Source: Methanomassiliicoccales archaeon PtaU1.Bin124
GTDB lineage: Archaea > Thermoplasmatota > Thermoplasmata > Methanomassiliicoccales > UBA472
Length of the DNA stretch: 64,000 bases
NCBI GenBank assembly: GCA_002067865.1
Contig: MVRC01000011.1
Coordinates: 136,573 to 200,572 of the forward strand
Direction: 5' to 3'
Each line of letters begins with the position of its first letter. The first letter of the stretch is position 1. Shown piece after piece: positions 18,825 through 29,365 of this stretch. The notes under the pieces are model-generated. The model worked only from the letters and a program-made list of their open reading frames with translations. It made no database searches and was not told the DNA's origin. The position numbers were made by a program, and so were the translations under genes.

Positions 18825-20282
18825 ATGATGCCGGCGGACATGCTCTCAGAGGTGGAGCAGGTCAAGTCGATAGTGGCCCGTTACTTTCCCATTTACGATG
18901 TGAAGGTGAACTACCAGGCGGTCACGCTCTATGTCACCCCGATCTCCACCGAGATCGAGGACAAGTTCGACAAGATGCGCATCGAGATGAAGGGGCTGAA
19001 ATACATACCCTTCCTGGCGCACAAAGGCGGAGAGTACACCATCACTGTCATCAGGGCCCAGGAAAGAGCCACCCGCGGCCTGGGCTTCAACGTCGTTCTC
19101 CTGATCATCACGGCCTTCACCATGGTCATCGCCGGAGCGGTCCTGTGGGGCTCATATTCCGGTGATACTGATCTGTTCTCGCTGAACAACTTACTATGGG
19201 GGTCGGTCTATTTCGCCATACCGCTCATGACCATTCTGGGAGTCCATGAGCTATCCCATTTCCTGATGTCCAAGCGGCATAATGTGGCCGCATCACTGCC
19301 GTTCTTCATCCCGTCCATCCCGCCGCTGGGCACGATGGGGGCCTTCATCTCTCTGCGGGACCCTATACCCAACCGAAAGGCGTTGGTGGACATCGGGATC
19401 GCTGGGCCGATCGGCGGTCTGCTGGTAACCATACCCATTGCGATCCTGGGTTTCTGGCTCACGTCATCCGGCACGCCGGTAGGGGCAGTGCCGCAGGAGG
19501 GTCTCATCGGTATGGGGGCGCCGTTGCTCTATGACCTGATCCAGCTCTTCGTTCCGATGTCGCAGAACGTTTACGTCCATCCCCTGGCCTTCGCGGCCTG
19601 GGTGGGCTTCCTGGTCACCGCCATCAACCTCCTCCCGGCCGGTCAGCTGGACGGCGGGCATGTGGCGCGCGGCCTGCTCGGTGAGAATGCCAGATTCCTC
19701 AGCTATGCGGTCATGGGCATCCTCATGTTCCTCGGCATATTCCTTTACACCGGATGGCTTCTGTTCGGTCTGATCGTCATATTGCTGGGGATGAACCACC
19801 CTCAGCCGCTGGATGACGTCAGCAAGCTGGACATCAAGAGGAAGGCACTGGGCGTGGGGGCCATCGTCCTGCTCTTGCTGACGTTCAGCCCGGTGCCGCT
19901 CTACACCACCGAGGCCGATTTCCACTATGAGGTCGATGTGGTCGGCGGGAACGTCGTCAACATCACCGCCGGCAGCACCGCCATGATATACATGGAGATC
20001 AAGAACGTGGGCAACACGAACTATACGATGACCATGGTGGTGATGAACGTCCCGTCGGAGTGGGGTAGAGGCCTCAATCTGGAAAATCAGACCGGGGTCA
20101 CGACCGAAAGGGTCACCTTCGATCTTCATTATCAAGAGACCAGGACGGTCGTCCTGGAGCTGATCGTCCCGGCGACAGCGGTCCATGGGCAGTATAACAT
20201 AATGGTCGACGCTGTCTCGAAGAACAGCAATGGGGATGCGAAGATCACCATTCAGACGCCATTGACGATCAACGTCTCCTGA
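18825..20282 (+). CDS. site-2 protease (M50) with C-terminal Ig-like extension
   Basis: HELSH and NLLPAGQLDGG motifs; start uncertain (18825/18840). Confidence 0.85.
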   Translation: MMPADMLSEVEQVKSIVARYFPIYDVKVNYQAVTLYVTPISTEIEDKFDKMRIEMKGLKYIPFLAHKGGEYTITVIRAQERATRGLGFNVVLLIITAFTMVIAGAVLWGSYSGDTDLFSLNNLLWGSVYFAIPLMTILGVHELSHFLMSKRHNVAASLPFFIPSIPPLGTMGAFISLRDPIPNRKALVDIGIAGPIGGLLVTIPIAILGFWLTSSGTPVGAVPQEGLIGMGAPLLYDLIQLFVPMSQNVYVHPLAFAAWVGFLVTAINLLPAGQLDGGHVARGLLGENARFLSYAVMGILMFLGIFLYTGWLLFGLIVILLGMNHPQPLDDVSKLDIKRKALGVGAIVLLLLTFSPVPLYTTEADFHYEVDVVGGNVVNITAGSTAMIYMEIKNVGNTNYTMTMVVMNVPSEWGRGLNLENQTGVTTERVTFDLHYQETRTVVLELIVPATAVHGQYNIMVDAVSKNSNGDAKITIQTPLTINVS

Positions 20283-21276
20283 GCACCATATAGTATCTGG
20301 AGAGCGAGCGGTGCACCCTCTGGTCATGTCTCTCCTCCAGGACCAAATTTTCCGGGATGACGACATCGCGGGGGAACACCATGCACAGCCTTCCATCCGC
20401 GCGGACCGTCTGGGCCATGACGACCAGGCTGCGCGAATACAATGAATCCAGCGCTTCCCTGTTGGTACTGGTGGAACGCCCGTACGGGGGGTCGGAAGCG
20501 ACCCCGTCCACCTCGCCGAACACCTCGGCCGCCTTGCCCACGTCGATGGCCTCCAGTCTATCGGCCTTAAGCCCGAAGTGTTCCAGGTTCTGCGCGCAGC
20601 CCTCGATCATCTCCGGTGAAAGGTCGGAACCATAGACCTTCATACCGAGCATGGCCGCTTCGATGAGGAGGCCGCCAGTGCCGCAGAACGGGTCCAATAC
20701 TCTATCTCCGGCCTTGGCCCCGGTCATGTTGACCACTGCCCTGGCATAACGAGGATGGAGGGAAATGGGGGAGAAGAACGGCCGCTCCTTCACCTTACGG
20801 AGATCGTACTGGCTTCTATCGATCTCGATGAGCTTGTGATGGACCAGCAACCTATCGGATATCAACCCTCTTATCTCGACCTGCGGTGCGGCAAGATCGA
20901 CCTTCCTATCGGATACGTAATTAGCTGCGATCTTGATGGTGAGCTGTTCAGAATCAATTCCCTGCCCCAGTTCCCTGTACCTTCGTACCCTGACCGATGC
21001 GGTCCCCTCAGGCAGCTCAGAACGAGGCCCGATGAAATTGCCGTCAAGATAATGGCCTAGGAATCTTCCGATACGATGCGTCAACGCAAGTCTGGCCGCA
21101 ACCATTTCTAAACGGTCTTCAGGAAAACGAATGACCGCGTAGCCCGGCCCATTTAGCTCGAGGGCATGCGAGGGGCATTCTGCCCGGACCGTAGCAAGAA
21201 GTTCTGCCAGGGGGAGCGAGGGATGCTCCCCTGACAGTTCAAAAAGGAATGTTCCATCCGCCGATCCTTGCATCAA
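20269..21276 (-). CDS. trm11: tRNA (guanine-10 N2)-methyltransferase Trm11/TrmG10 family
   Basis: THUMP-like N-half, RPFFSPISL, LDPFCGTGG, DPPYGRS. Confidence 0.8.
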   Translation of the reverse strand: MMQGSADGTFLFELSGEHPSLPLAELLATVRAECPSHALELNGPGYAVIRFPEDRLEMVAARLALTHRIGRFLGHYLDGNFIGPRSELPEGTASVRVRRYRELGQGIDSEQLTIKIAANYVSDRKVDLAAPQVEIRGLISDRLLVHHKLIEIDRSQYDLRKVKERPFFSPISLHPRYARAVVNMTGAKAGDRVLDPFCGTGGLLIEAAMLGMKVYGSDLSPEMIEGCAQNLEHFGLKADRLEAIDVGKAAEVFGEVDGVASDPPYGRSTSTNREALDSLYSRSLVVMAQTVRADGRLCMVFPRDVVIPENLVLEERHDQRVHRSLSRYYMVLRRR

Positions 21277-21292
21277 CGGAGGTGGAGATGTT

Positions 21293-22234
21293 TCAGTCCC
21301 TTATACCTTCCTCAGAGACCGTGATGACCACCTCAGCCTCTGGGAGGTTGGGCGAGTCGATCAGCCTGGCAATGCGCTTGCCGCCCTTGCTCTTCCTCAG
21401 GTAGAGACGGTAGGTGGACGCATGCCCTACGATATGGCCTCCGACCGGCCTGGTGGGGTCACCGAAGAACGCATCGGGCTTGGCCGCGACCTGGTTGGTG
21501 ACGGCGATGACCGCGTTGTTCACATCGGCGAAGCGCAGCAGGTCATGCATGTGCTTGTTGAGCAGCCCTTGCCTCTCTGCCAGCGTTCCTCTTCCCACAT
21601 ATTCAGCGCGGAAGTGAGCGGTCAGAGAGTCGACCACCATCAACTTGATGGGGGTCTTGAGGGCGATCTCCTGGGCCTTCTCCACCAACAGCATCTGGTG
21701 AGAGGAGTTAAAAGCCCTCGCCACATGGATCTTCTGCAATGTCTCGATCGGATCCAGGTCCAGCGCCTCGGCGATCTGCACGATACGTTCGGGGCGGAAC
21801 GTGTTCTCAGTGTCGATCACGATCACATCCCCGTCCAAGCCGCCCTTCGACACAGGCATTGTCGCGTTGACCGCCAGCTGGAAGCACATCTGGGTCTTCC
21901 CGCTGCCGAACTCACCGAAGAACTCGCATATGGACTGGGTCTCAAGTCCCCCGCCGAGCAGCTCGTCGAAGGCCTTGGAACAGGACGTCAGGCGGTTCAA
22001 TTTCTTTCTTCTCTCCAATATGGAGTCACCGGATTCGAAGCCGCCTACATCCGCCGCCTGCTTGGCGGCCGCTATGATCTTCACAGCGGTGCTTTCCCCG
22101 ATATCGGCCACATCTGCCAATGTCTTCGGGTTCTCGACCGCTATCGACATCAGATCGTTGTAACCGGCATCACGTAGCTTCTCTGCAGTTGCGGGACCGA
22201 CACCTGGCAACTCTTCCAATTTCACTTCTGCCAT
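21293..22234 (-). CDS. radA: DNA repair and recombination protein RadA
   Basis: LEELPGVG Hh[26 protein letters not shown]; start at ATG 22234 after AGGTG. Confidence 0.95.
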   Translation of the reverse strand: MAEVKLEELPGVGPATAEKLRDAGYNDLMSIAVENPKTLADVADIGESTAVKIIAAAKQAADVGGFESGDSILERRKKLNRLTSCSKAFDELLGGGLETQSICEFFGEFGSGKTQMCFQLAVNATMPVSKGGLDGDVIVIDTENTFRPERIVQIAEALDLDPIETLQKIHVARAFNSSHQMLLVEKAQEIALKTPIKLMVVDSLTAHFRAEYVGRGTLAERQGLLNKHMHDLLRFADVNNAVIAVTNQVAAKPDAFFGDPTRPVGGHIVGHASTYRLYLRKSKGGKRIARLIDSPNLPEAEVVITVSEEGIRD

Positions 22235-22409
22235 TGATGCACCTACCATTGGTTATCTCGGTGAGGATATTATTACTAGCGATGGGAGGTCACCGAAAGT
22301 ACCATCATACCGACCGCAAGGATGCCGTATAAAAGATATCATTGCAATCAAACGCACCGCCCCGTCTCTGTCATAACTTTAATAAGCGGCATGGGATTAA
22401 CCCGTCTTC

Positions 22410-22784
22410 ATGGCTCAGAAGAAGGTAAAGGAGCCCCAAAAGAAGGAAGCTCGCAAGAAATCAGAGGAGAGCTTCGAATGGACCCCTCCAGACTTTAATG
22501 AGAGGGAGTTCCTTGAAAAGGATATCAGGGGTACCAAGATTCTCATGGTCTCCGCAATGATGTCCGTCATATGCGGCGCGGTGGCCTTTGCATTCCAATC
22601 CGTTTCTTGGATCATTGGACTGGTCGTGATCCTGGCCGGGATGATATCCCTGCGGTATCTCTACCCCATGTTCAAGCTCGACCTGAAGGACATAGACAAG
22701 AAGACCTGGGCCGCCAACCTGTTCATGTTCTTCCTGCTGTCCTTGGGCATCTGGATCATGCTGCTGAACCCGCCATTCAGTTGA
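22410..22784 (+). CDS. hypothetical membrane protein (about 3 TM)
   Basis: Lys-rich N-terminus then hydrophobic segments. Confidence 0.65.
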   Translation: MAQKKVKEPQKKEARKKSEESFEWTPPDFNEREFLEKDIRGTKILMVSAMMSVICGAVAFAFQSVSWIIGLVVILAGMISLRYLYPMFKLDLKDIDKKTWAANLFMFFLLSLGIWIMLLNPPFS

Positions 22785-22790
22785 AATCCC

Positions 22791-24122
22791 TTAAGAAATT
22801 TCCCAAGGTTGTCTTTTATCCAGCATTCCTGATAGGGCCGATTCCATCCCGCCCTTCCTCGATTCCTTATCGTCGAAGACGCGCAGCTCGACATTCTTGA
22901 ATGCGCTACCCATCGCTGCCGATTGTACGCTCCCCTCGACGGCCGCCTTGGCGCTGGTGAACTTCCTTTCCACGAAGACCACCCAGCGGCCATCCTCGAT
23001 GAACGGTGCTCCGAGGCCTTCCGCCCTCCAGCGGCGCAAGAAGTCCTGAGAGTTCTCCATCCACACGGGAGGGCCTACGTGCTTCCTTCCCCGGCTCAGA
23101 ACATCATTCTCCAGCAGTAACGTCCATTGGATGCGCTCTTTCTCGACGTGGAGGTGCTTGGCTTGCACCTGGAAACCCTCGTGTTCCAAGACCGTGGCGA
23201 TCCCATCCAACGTCTTTCTGGCCTGTGGGTAGAGGTTGTCATCGATCAAAACTGGCCGGTCTGCCTCGACGCTCAGGACCTTCATTCCTATCGAATCAAT
23301 GATATCATCTATCTGCGACTGGGTCAAAACATCCCTCTTCCTCGGGAAGAAGAATCTCTCGTCTGGACATTGCGAATACTCTGCGCAGGCATGAATAAAG
23401 AGGGCGAACTTATCCGTGGACAATGCAGATGCCACATTTCGGTTCTTGTCAACTGGATCGTAGAATACCAATGGCGAATCGAACTTCATCTGGCCTTTTC
23501 CTTCGATCTCGATCTTTGTGCCATACTTCCATTTGGATGCCCGCTCGATCACTGTGCGAAAATCACCATATCTTAGGATCAACAGCTCGACCAGGTAACC
23601 AGAAAAACCTTGGACCTTGGCCTCTGCCCCATAGGCCCCTATTCCTTTCATGAACTGCTTAAGGACCCTAACCTCGTCCCTTTGGCCTGCCTTCAGATGG
23701 GATAGCATATAATCAGTATGGAACGGGGTGCGGTCGACCGCAGACATCAGTGTGCTAGGGTCCTTGATCCCATAACATGGAACGATGTCCGCCTCGAACC
23801 CATCGAACATCCCGTGGACATAGGGATGTTCAGCATACCTTTCCTCCCGTTCTTCGAGAAGGTCCCTACCGATCTCTAGACCGATCCGGTCCATTTCCGG
23901 TCTGGGCGTCCCCTCCGAAAATAGGATGAACACATCGATGTCCGGTCTAGATACATATGTACCCTTTGCGACCGAACCAACGACCTTGATCTCCATGACA
24001 CTTTCTATCATCGAGGTACGAGCTCGAACCGCACTAACTAGACGATCCGTGGCAGCCTTGACCTCTTTCTCAAGGCCAGCCGTGGGCCGGATCTTGTGGC
24101 CGATCTCCTGTTCCAGTCGCAT
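22791..24122 (-). CDS. cca: archaeal class I CCA-adding enzyme
   Basis: GSVAKGTY...DIDVF, YAEHPY, DRTPFHT, YGAE..VQGFSGYLVELL. Confidence 0.93.
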   Translation of the reverse strand: MRLEQEIGHKIRPTAGLEKEVKAATDRLVSAVRARTSMIESVMEIKVVGSVAKGTYVSRPDIDVFILFSEGTPRPEMDRIGLEIGRDLLEEREERYAEHPYVHGMFDGFEADIVPCYGIKDPSTLMSAVDRTPFHTDYMLSHLKAGQRDEVRVLKQFMKGIGAYGAEAKVQGFSGYLVELLILRYGDFRTVIERASKWKYGTKIEIEGKGQMKFDSPLVFYDPVDKNRNVASALSTDKFALFIHACAEYSQCPDERFFFPRKRDVLTQSQIDDIIDSIGMKVLSVEADRPVLIDDNLYPQARKTLDGIATVLEHEGFQVQAKHLHVEKERIQWTLLLENDVLSRGRKHVGPPVWMENSQDFLRRWRAEGLGAPFIEDGRWVVFVERKFTSAKAAVEGSVQSAAMGSAFKNVELRVFDDKESRKGGMESALSGMLDKRQPWEIS

Positions 24123-24858
24123 TGAGGGTGAAGCCTCAATGTATGGCTTATTCTTTTGCCTTTAAACCAACATGATGCATTGTTTGTTACTAAGGCCAAA
24201 TTTCATAATATCCTTCCCTCCTAGCTCACATATCATGCAATATGCCGAAGGTCCGCTCGTAGTGACTTTACAGATTTGCGTACGTAAAATGTCGATATTA
24301 GCCAGACAGTGGATGTATCATCCACTAACAAATTTATTTAAAATTTTCAAAATTAAACACTTGTATATTTTTTTTCTGTCCAGTAAAAAACGCACCCTTT
24401 ATCATTCAAGATAATATCAACCCTAAAATCTAAAATTGATTAATTAATTTTAAAATTAAATGAAATAATCGACCCGAATTGTTTTCACATCTGGCTAGTC
24501 AAATATTTCTTCGTTTTAATTGATTTTATATGTTATATATATTATGATAATTATAATTAATTTAATAAATGTATTATTATATTTACAAATTTTGGATACC
24601 CAATTTGACATATATAATATTCATGAAAAATAATTGATTTTAATCATTCCAGATAAATTATAACAATTATAATCAGTTTTACATGTTTTATTATAATTAT
24701 AGTATAATTAATATAGCTAATTATATGGTATAGAAAGATAAAAATACCTTAATATACTAAAAAAGTTAGTATTGTGTTCGAAATGGGTGAGAGGTAGAAG
24801 TTGGGGAGTGGTTCAACCTCGATCTCATTTGTTTGGAGGAGTCTATAGGGGTGTCAAA
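24123..24858. promoter_or_regulatory. very AT-rich divergent intergenic/control region of mtaCB
   Basis: about 735 bp without a credible ORF; repeated ATTATAAT; palindrome AGTGGATG-TAT-CATCCACT at 24308-24326. Confidence 0.6.
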
Positions 24859-25638
24859 ATGTTGGACATAAGTAGTGTGAACTATGACGCCATATTCAGG
24901 CGTTACGACATACTTGTCGAAGCGAAGGAAAAGCCCGAGGACATTGCCGCCAAGATCCTTCCGAAGGATGCTCTCCTGAAGAAGGTTGCGGAGGACGTCG
25001 TCTTTATGAAGTATAAGGACGTCGAAGCCGACACGAAGGCTGCCATGGAGAAGTACAAGCCAGAGGAAGTCATCGAGAAGGCCCTGGTTAAGGGAATGGA
25101 TGTTGTTGCCGAGCTTTACGGCCGCGGTATCTACTACCTGCCCCATGTGATGGTTTGCGCCGACGCTATGGACAAGGGTATCAAGCTCTGCGAGAAGAAC
25201 ATCAAGGGAGAGAGGCAGACGAAGGGCAAGATCATCTTGCACGTTGCCGAGGGTGACCCCCACGACATCGGTAAGAACATTGCCATGGTTCTGCTCAGGT
25301 CCGCCGGATATGCCACCATCGACATGGGCCGTGATGTGCCAGTCGTTGATGTGCTGGACCTGGTTGAGAAGGAGAAGCCCGATGTGCTGACTGGAACTGC
25401 TCTGATGACCACGACCATGTCTGCATTCCCGAGGATCTCTGAGAGGCTGGCCGAGAAGGGCATAGAGATGCCGTTCATCTGCGCCGGCGGTGCAGTCAAC
25501 CGTGCGTACGTCGAGTCATTCCCCATGGGCGTGTACGCGGAGAAGGCTGCTCAGGGCCCTGTCCTGGTCGGAAAGGCCATGGACGGATGGGACTGGAAGA
25601 AGATCAGGTCCAAGTGGGATGACGTGGTGAAGGGGTGA
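24859..25638 (+). CDS. mtaC: methanol corrinoid protein MtaC
   Basis: B12-binding EGDPHDIGKN, GTALMTTTM, GGAV; start at ATG 24859. Confidence 0.9.
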   Translation: MLDISSVNYDAIFRRYDILVEAKEKPEDIAAKILPKDALLKKVAEDVVFMKYKDVEADTKAAMEKYKPEEVIEKALVKGMDVVAELYGRGIYYLPHVMVCADAMDKGIKLCEKNIKGERQTKGKIILHVAEGDPHDIGKNIAMVLLRSAGYATIDMGRDVPVVDVLDLVEKEKPDVLTGTALMTTTMSAFPRISERLAEKGIEMPFICAGGAVNRAYVESFPMGVYAEKAAQGPVLVGKAMDGWDWKKIRSKWDDVVKG

Positions 25639-25644
25639 TCTAAG

Positions 25645-27048
25645 ATGGCAATAAAGAGATTTACCAAGATGGAATACAAGAGCGCCGACGACATGGTCTT
25701 CGGTGAGGCAAAGTACCCCCTGACCTATGGTCTGGGCCAGAAGATTGGTGCCGGAACCGTCGTTCCAGAGATCAACTTCGCTCCAAGGCCTGGCGCTGAG
25801 AAGAACCCAGCGACCCTGACCCGCGAGTACGTTGACTACATCACCAAGGACATTCTCGACCGCGCTGTGACCCTCGGTTTCCCGGCGGTTCAGCTCGAGA
25901 ACGAGTGGATCCACCAGATGGGTAACGACCCGGAGAAGTTCGCGAAGCCGGTTGTCGCTGGACAGAAGGCCTTGATGCAGAAGTACCACGATGAGTACGG
26001 CATCGCGCTGTCCATCCGCCACACCTGCGCCGACCCGCGCCTGGCTGAGAAGGGCCTGCGCCCGGGAATGGACAAGACCCACATGTACCCAGAGAAGACC
26101 ATCGAGTCCTTTGAGGTTGCAGCGGAGAACGGCGCCGATGTGCTGTCTGTCGAAACGATGGGCGGCAAGGAAGTGTCCGACTACGCGATTCTGCACCAGG
26201 ACATAAAGGGATGGCTGTTCGGTATCGGCTACCTGGGCTCCATGGATATGGAGTGGATCTGGCCCCAGATCGTTGAGGTCGCCAAGAAGAACAAGATCAT
26301 CGCTGGCGGCGACACCAACTGCGCTGGTGCCAACACCTCGATGTTCATGGCCGGTGGCTACCTGGACAAGGATATCCCGAGGACGTTCTCTGCAGTTACC
26401 CGCTGCATTGCCTCTGCCCGTACCCTCGTTGCATACGAGTGCGGTGCGACTGGCCCGGACAAGGACTGCGGCTATGAGGGCCCGATCCTGAAGTCCATCA
26501 GCGGAAAGCCGTCTGCCCAGGAGGGCAAGGGCGCCCAGGATGCCCACGCTGACTTGATGGGTAACCTGATCGCTCAGGTCTGCGACCTGTGGTCCAACGA
26601 GTCCGTCGAGTACCACCCAGAGTTCGGTGGGTCCTCCGTGGCTTGCTGGCTCGGTGTGATCGGCTACGAGGCCGCTCTCATGAACACCGCCAAGCAGCTG
26701 AAGCAGGACAAGCTCCTCCGTGACCTGTACGCGGCCACTGACAGCTACCGCAGCCCAGAGGGCTTCTGCCTGAGGTACGACAACGCCTACAAGATCGGTC
26801 AGGCCATTGTTGAGGAGGGCAACGATATCTACCTCCGCAGCAGGGCTGCCGGCCTGAAGGCTGCAGAACTGATCGCTGAGAGCAACGCCAAGGGCGGTCT
26901 GAAGCTGAGCAAGCACGAGAAGGACATGCTCAACAAGATCACGACCGACCTGAAGGCTCTGCCCGACTCTGCGAGCAAGTTCGAAGAGCAGTGCCTCAAG
27001 GAGTACAAGAACGTCCCGATGTTCAACCCCAAGAACTACGGACTGTAA
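25645..27048 (+). CDS. mtaB: methanol:corrinoid methyltransferase MtaB
   Basis: ETMGGKE, GDTNCA, GPDKDCGYEG, DLWSNESV; directly downstream of mtaC. Confidence 0.95.
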   Translation: MAIKRFTKMEYKSADDMVFGEAKYPLTYGLGQKIGAGTVVPEINFAPRPGAEKNPATLTREYVDYITKDILDRAVTLGFPAVQLENEWIHQMGNDPEKFAKPVVAGQKALMQKYHDEYGIALSIRHTCADPRLAEKGLRPGMDKTHMYPEKTIESFEVAAENGADVLSVETMGGKEVSDYAILHQDIKGWLFGIGYLGSMDMEWIWPQIVEVAKKNKIIAGGDTNCAGANTSMFMAGGYLDKDIPRTFSAVTRCIASARTLVAYECGATGPDKDCGYEGPILKSISGKPSAQEGKGAQDAHADLMGNLIAQVCDLWSNESVEYHPEFGGSSVACWLGVIGYEAALMNTAKQLKQDKLLRDLYAATDSYRSPEGFCLRYDNAYKIGQAIVEEGNDIYLRSRAAGLKAAELIAESNAKGGLKLSKHEKDMLNKITTDLKALPDSASKFEEQCLKEYKNVPMFNPKNYGL

Positions 27049-27080
27049 GCGGAGAGGAGCTCCTAGGTTCCACTTCAAAC

Positions 27081-27103
27081 CCTTTCCCCTTTTCTCTTTT
27101 TTA
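27081..27103 (+). terminator. pyrimidine/T-rich terminator after mtaB
   Basis: CCTTTCCCCTTTTCTCTTTTTTA about 35 nt after the stop. Confidence 0.45.
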
Positions 27104-27258
27104 TGCAGCTCCTAGTTGCCATGGACTGCATTTAAAAGAAGAGGGGTTGTTTTTATCTAAACAACAACCAAGAGGATTTTCTTTCGATCATCTGGCCATT
27201 GAAAATCATCGATCGGCATGTTTGACAAATGATGATTCGCTAGTGTTAGAAATGATGA

Positions 27259-27278
27259 TCCCAGGCCCTCGCCTGGGA
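27259..27278. terminator. 8-bp hairpin between convergent mtaB and ramA
   Basis: TCCCAGGC-CCTC-GCCTGGGA. Confidence 0.45.
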
Positions 27279-27292
27279 GATAAAAAGGAAAT

Positions 27293-28924
27293 TTAGCTCT
27301 TACCACCGATCTTCAGCTGCTTGAAGACGAAGACCTTCTCCGGGCAGATGCGCTCGCATCTCAGGCAGGCAGTACCGTTACATAGGTCCGACCGGACAGA
27401 GATCTTGAACTCGTCCCTGGCATCCTCGATGCTGATGGCGTTCTCGGGGCATTCCTCCTCGCATTTGCGGCAGCCGATGCAGCGCTCGAAGGCACCGACG
27501 ATGGTGGTGCCGATGTCCCTGAGGATCTTCAGGCCAGCGGCGCCAACGACAGGTATGTCTCGCTCGACGATGCGGTGCACCTTGGCCTCGCGGAACTTTT
27601 CCGGCAATGGCTGGATGCCCTTTGCATCGAGGAAGAAGTTGTACATGTCCCTGGTCATTCCTTCCTGCCACATGCCCAGCTCCTGGAGGTAGATGGTCTC
27701 GAAGACCTTGTCCATGGCGAACATGATGTGGTTGGCGCGGATACTGTTGGCGATCGTCTGCAGCTTGTCCATCATCTGCGGGTCCCTGACAATGTCGGTG
27801 GCACAGGCCAGCGAGGTGTTGCCCACCTGGTAGATGGTCTTCGGCGTGGCCGGTATCAGACCGACCTTCTGCGCCTTCAGGGCGTCAACGTAGGTTCCGG
27901 AGGCACCGGACATGTACATCGTGTCCAGATCATCGAACTTGACGCCCGCATGCTCCAGCAGGGTGAAGTGACCGGCGCGCATGGCGCCGAACGCCTTCGA
28001 GGCCTCCAGGAAGTCCTTCGGGTCCAGGAAGACCCCGTCCTGCAGGTGGATCTTTCCGTCCATTGTCGTGAACCGGGGAGGCTGGATGGTGCCCCATTCG
28101 ATACCCGCCGCGATGGCCGCGACCACACCGGTACCGGTGATGCCCTTCGCCATCCCGTGCATCTTGCCCTCTTCGACCACGTTCCCCGTGTTGACCTCGA
28201 CCAGGTCCCCCTGCTGCGGCAGGATGGTGTCATCCAGCACGGAGCAGCGCCAGTAGTTGTCCACATCCACATCGGTGATGGCGCCCGGGGATGCCAGCAT
28301 GCCGAAGTGCACGGACTGTCCTTCCATGGCCGGACCGGCCGCGGCCGATCCGGTGAAAATGTCATCTCCGACCTTCAACGCCATCTCGGCGTTCGTGCCG
28401 TAATCGGTCACAAGGCAGGTCTCCTTCCTCTCCAACAGACCTGTCTTGTACATCATGGCCAGCGCATCTGCGCCGATCTCATGCTTTATGGAAGGGGGAA
28501 TGTAAACATCGGTGTTCTTCCCGCCCAGGTCGATGCCGATCTTGTCGGACGCCAGCACCTTGGCGTCGCGCTTCTGGTGCTCCACCCCTCTGACCTTCAA
28601 TGCCCTTTCACCGGCGAAGGCCAGGTCCCTGATCTCCATGTTCTGGAAAATGGACAGCTGGATGGGATTGCCACATACGGCGATCCGCCCCACCTGGGTC
28701 TTATCGATGCCCAGGAGGTCTATCAGCCTGTTGATCGTGTCGACCATTAGATGGTTCGCCAGGTTCTGGTCCACCTCGATGCAGAAGGTCAGGTGGTCCA
28801 TCACGTTCGCGCCTGGGACCGGGTGGCGCACAGTCATCGCAGTGGACAAGATCTGTCCGCTGTCCAGGTCGATCGCGTGCATCCTTGTTCCGCTGGTCCC
28901 GATGTCTATTGAGATTCCGTACAT
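27293..28924 (-). CDS. ramA: methyltransferase corrinoid activation protein RamA/RamM (ASKHA ATPase + C-terminal ferredoxin)
   Basis: IDIGTSG, HPVPGANVMDHL, DYGTNAEMAL, GSAAAGPAMEGQ, C-terminal CIGCRKC...CP / CNGTACLRCERICP. Confidence 0.9.
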   Translation of the reverse strand: MYGISIDIGTSGTRMHAIDLDSGQILSTAMTVRHPVPGANVMDHLTFCIEVDQNLANHLMVDTINRLIDLLGIDKTQVGRIAVCGNPIQLSIFQNMEIRDLAFAGERALKVRGVEHQKRDAKVLASDKIGIDLGGKNTDVYIPPSIKHEIGADALAMMYKTGLLERKETCLVTDYGTNAEMALKVGDDIFTGSAAAGPAMEGQSVHFGMLASPGAITDVDVDNYWRCSVLDDTILPQQGDLVEVNTGNVVEEGKMHGMAKGITGTGVVAAIAAGIEWGTIQPPRFTTMDGKIHLQDGVFLDPKDFLEASKAFGAMRAGHFTLLEHAGVKFDDLDTMYMSGASGTYVDALKAQKVGLIPATPKTIYQVGNTSLACATDIVRDPQMMDKLQTIANSIRANHIMFAMDKVFETIYLQELGMWQEGMTRDMYNFFLDAKGIQPLPEKFREAKVHRIVERDIPVVGAAGLKILRDIGTTIVGAFERCIGCRKCEEECPENAISIEDARDEFKISVRSDLCNGTACLRCERICPEKVFVFKQLKIGGKS

Positions 28925-28948
28925 TCGTTTGCTCCCCCAGAGATCTTC

Positions 28949-29365
28949 CTAATGCTCGTGTTCACATTCACAATGATGGCCGGCGCGATGCACGCCGATC
29001 TGCTCGTCCAAGGGCTCCAACTCCTTGTCCAAGCTGGCCTCCACCTCTTCATCATCGAGGTTCAATACGGCCGCCATCACCTTAACGGTTCCTTTTTTCA
29101 CCGTGTCGCCACGCAGCTCGTCGACGACCTCGGCGCCTAGACCGGTGTCGACCACGCTGTACTTCAGCACTCCGACGTCGGTCTCCGCGATCATCTTCAC
29201 GTGGCCGATGACCGCGCCCCTGTCCTCCAGGTCCTTGGCCCAGGCCACGATGAACTTCTTCATGGCCGACCTGAGCTTGGCCGATTTGATCGGAAGGTGC
29301 TCAAGATGCAGCAACGTTCCGTGGCTGCCCGCATGTGCCAGTTCCTTCGAGTTCTCTTCCATCAA
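28949..29365 (-). CDS. hypothetical protein with His/Cys-rich C-terminal tail
   Basis: IGHVKM; tail HRAGHHCECEHEH; overlaps GTPase stop. Confidence 0.7.
   Translation of the reverse strand: MMEENSKELAHAGSHGTLLHLEHLPIKSAKLRSAMKKFIVAWAKDLEDRGAVIGHVKMIAETDVGVLKYSVVDTGLGAEVVDELRGDTVKKGTVKVMAAVLNLDDEEVEASLDKELEPLDEQIGVHRAGHHCECEHEH

Noticed and set aside
25516-27078. Long antisense ORFs (also 10628-11641, 27575-28750, 61072-62457, 19464-20396)
   Set aside because: They mirror well-supported genes, have no recognisable motifs and are expected from GC-rich codon bias
27067-27080. GTTCCACTTCAAAC resembling an ORB origin box, together with the AT-rich 24.1-24.8 kb region as a possible oriC
   Set aside because: Single copy, several mismatches, no G-string on the correct side and no cdc6/orc1 in the window
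27229-27278. Two ATGATGA (C-box-like) motifs suggesting a C/D box sRNA
   Set aside because: No CTGA D or D' boxes at the expected spacing
10379-28924. Pyrrolysine (in-frame TAG) recoding in methyltransferase genes
   Set aside because: mtaA, mtaB, mtaC and ramA are uninterrupted; TAG codons seen end proteins at natural lengths; no mtmB/mtbB/mttB here
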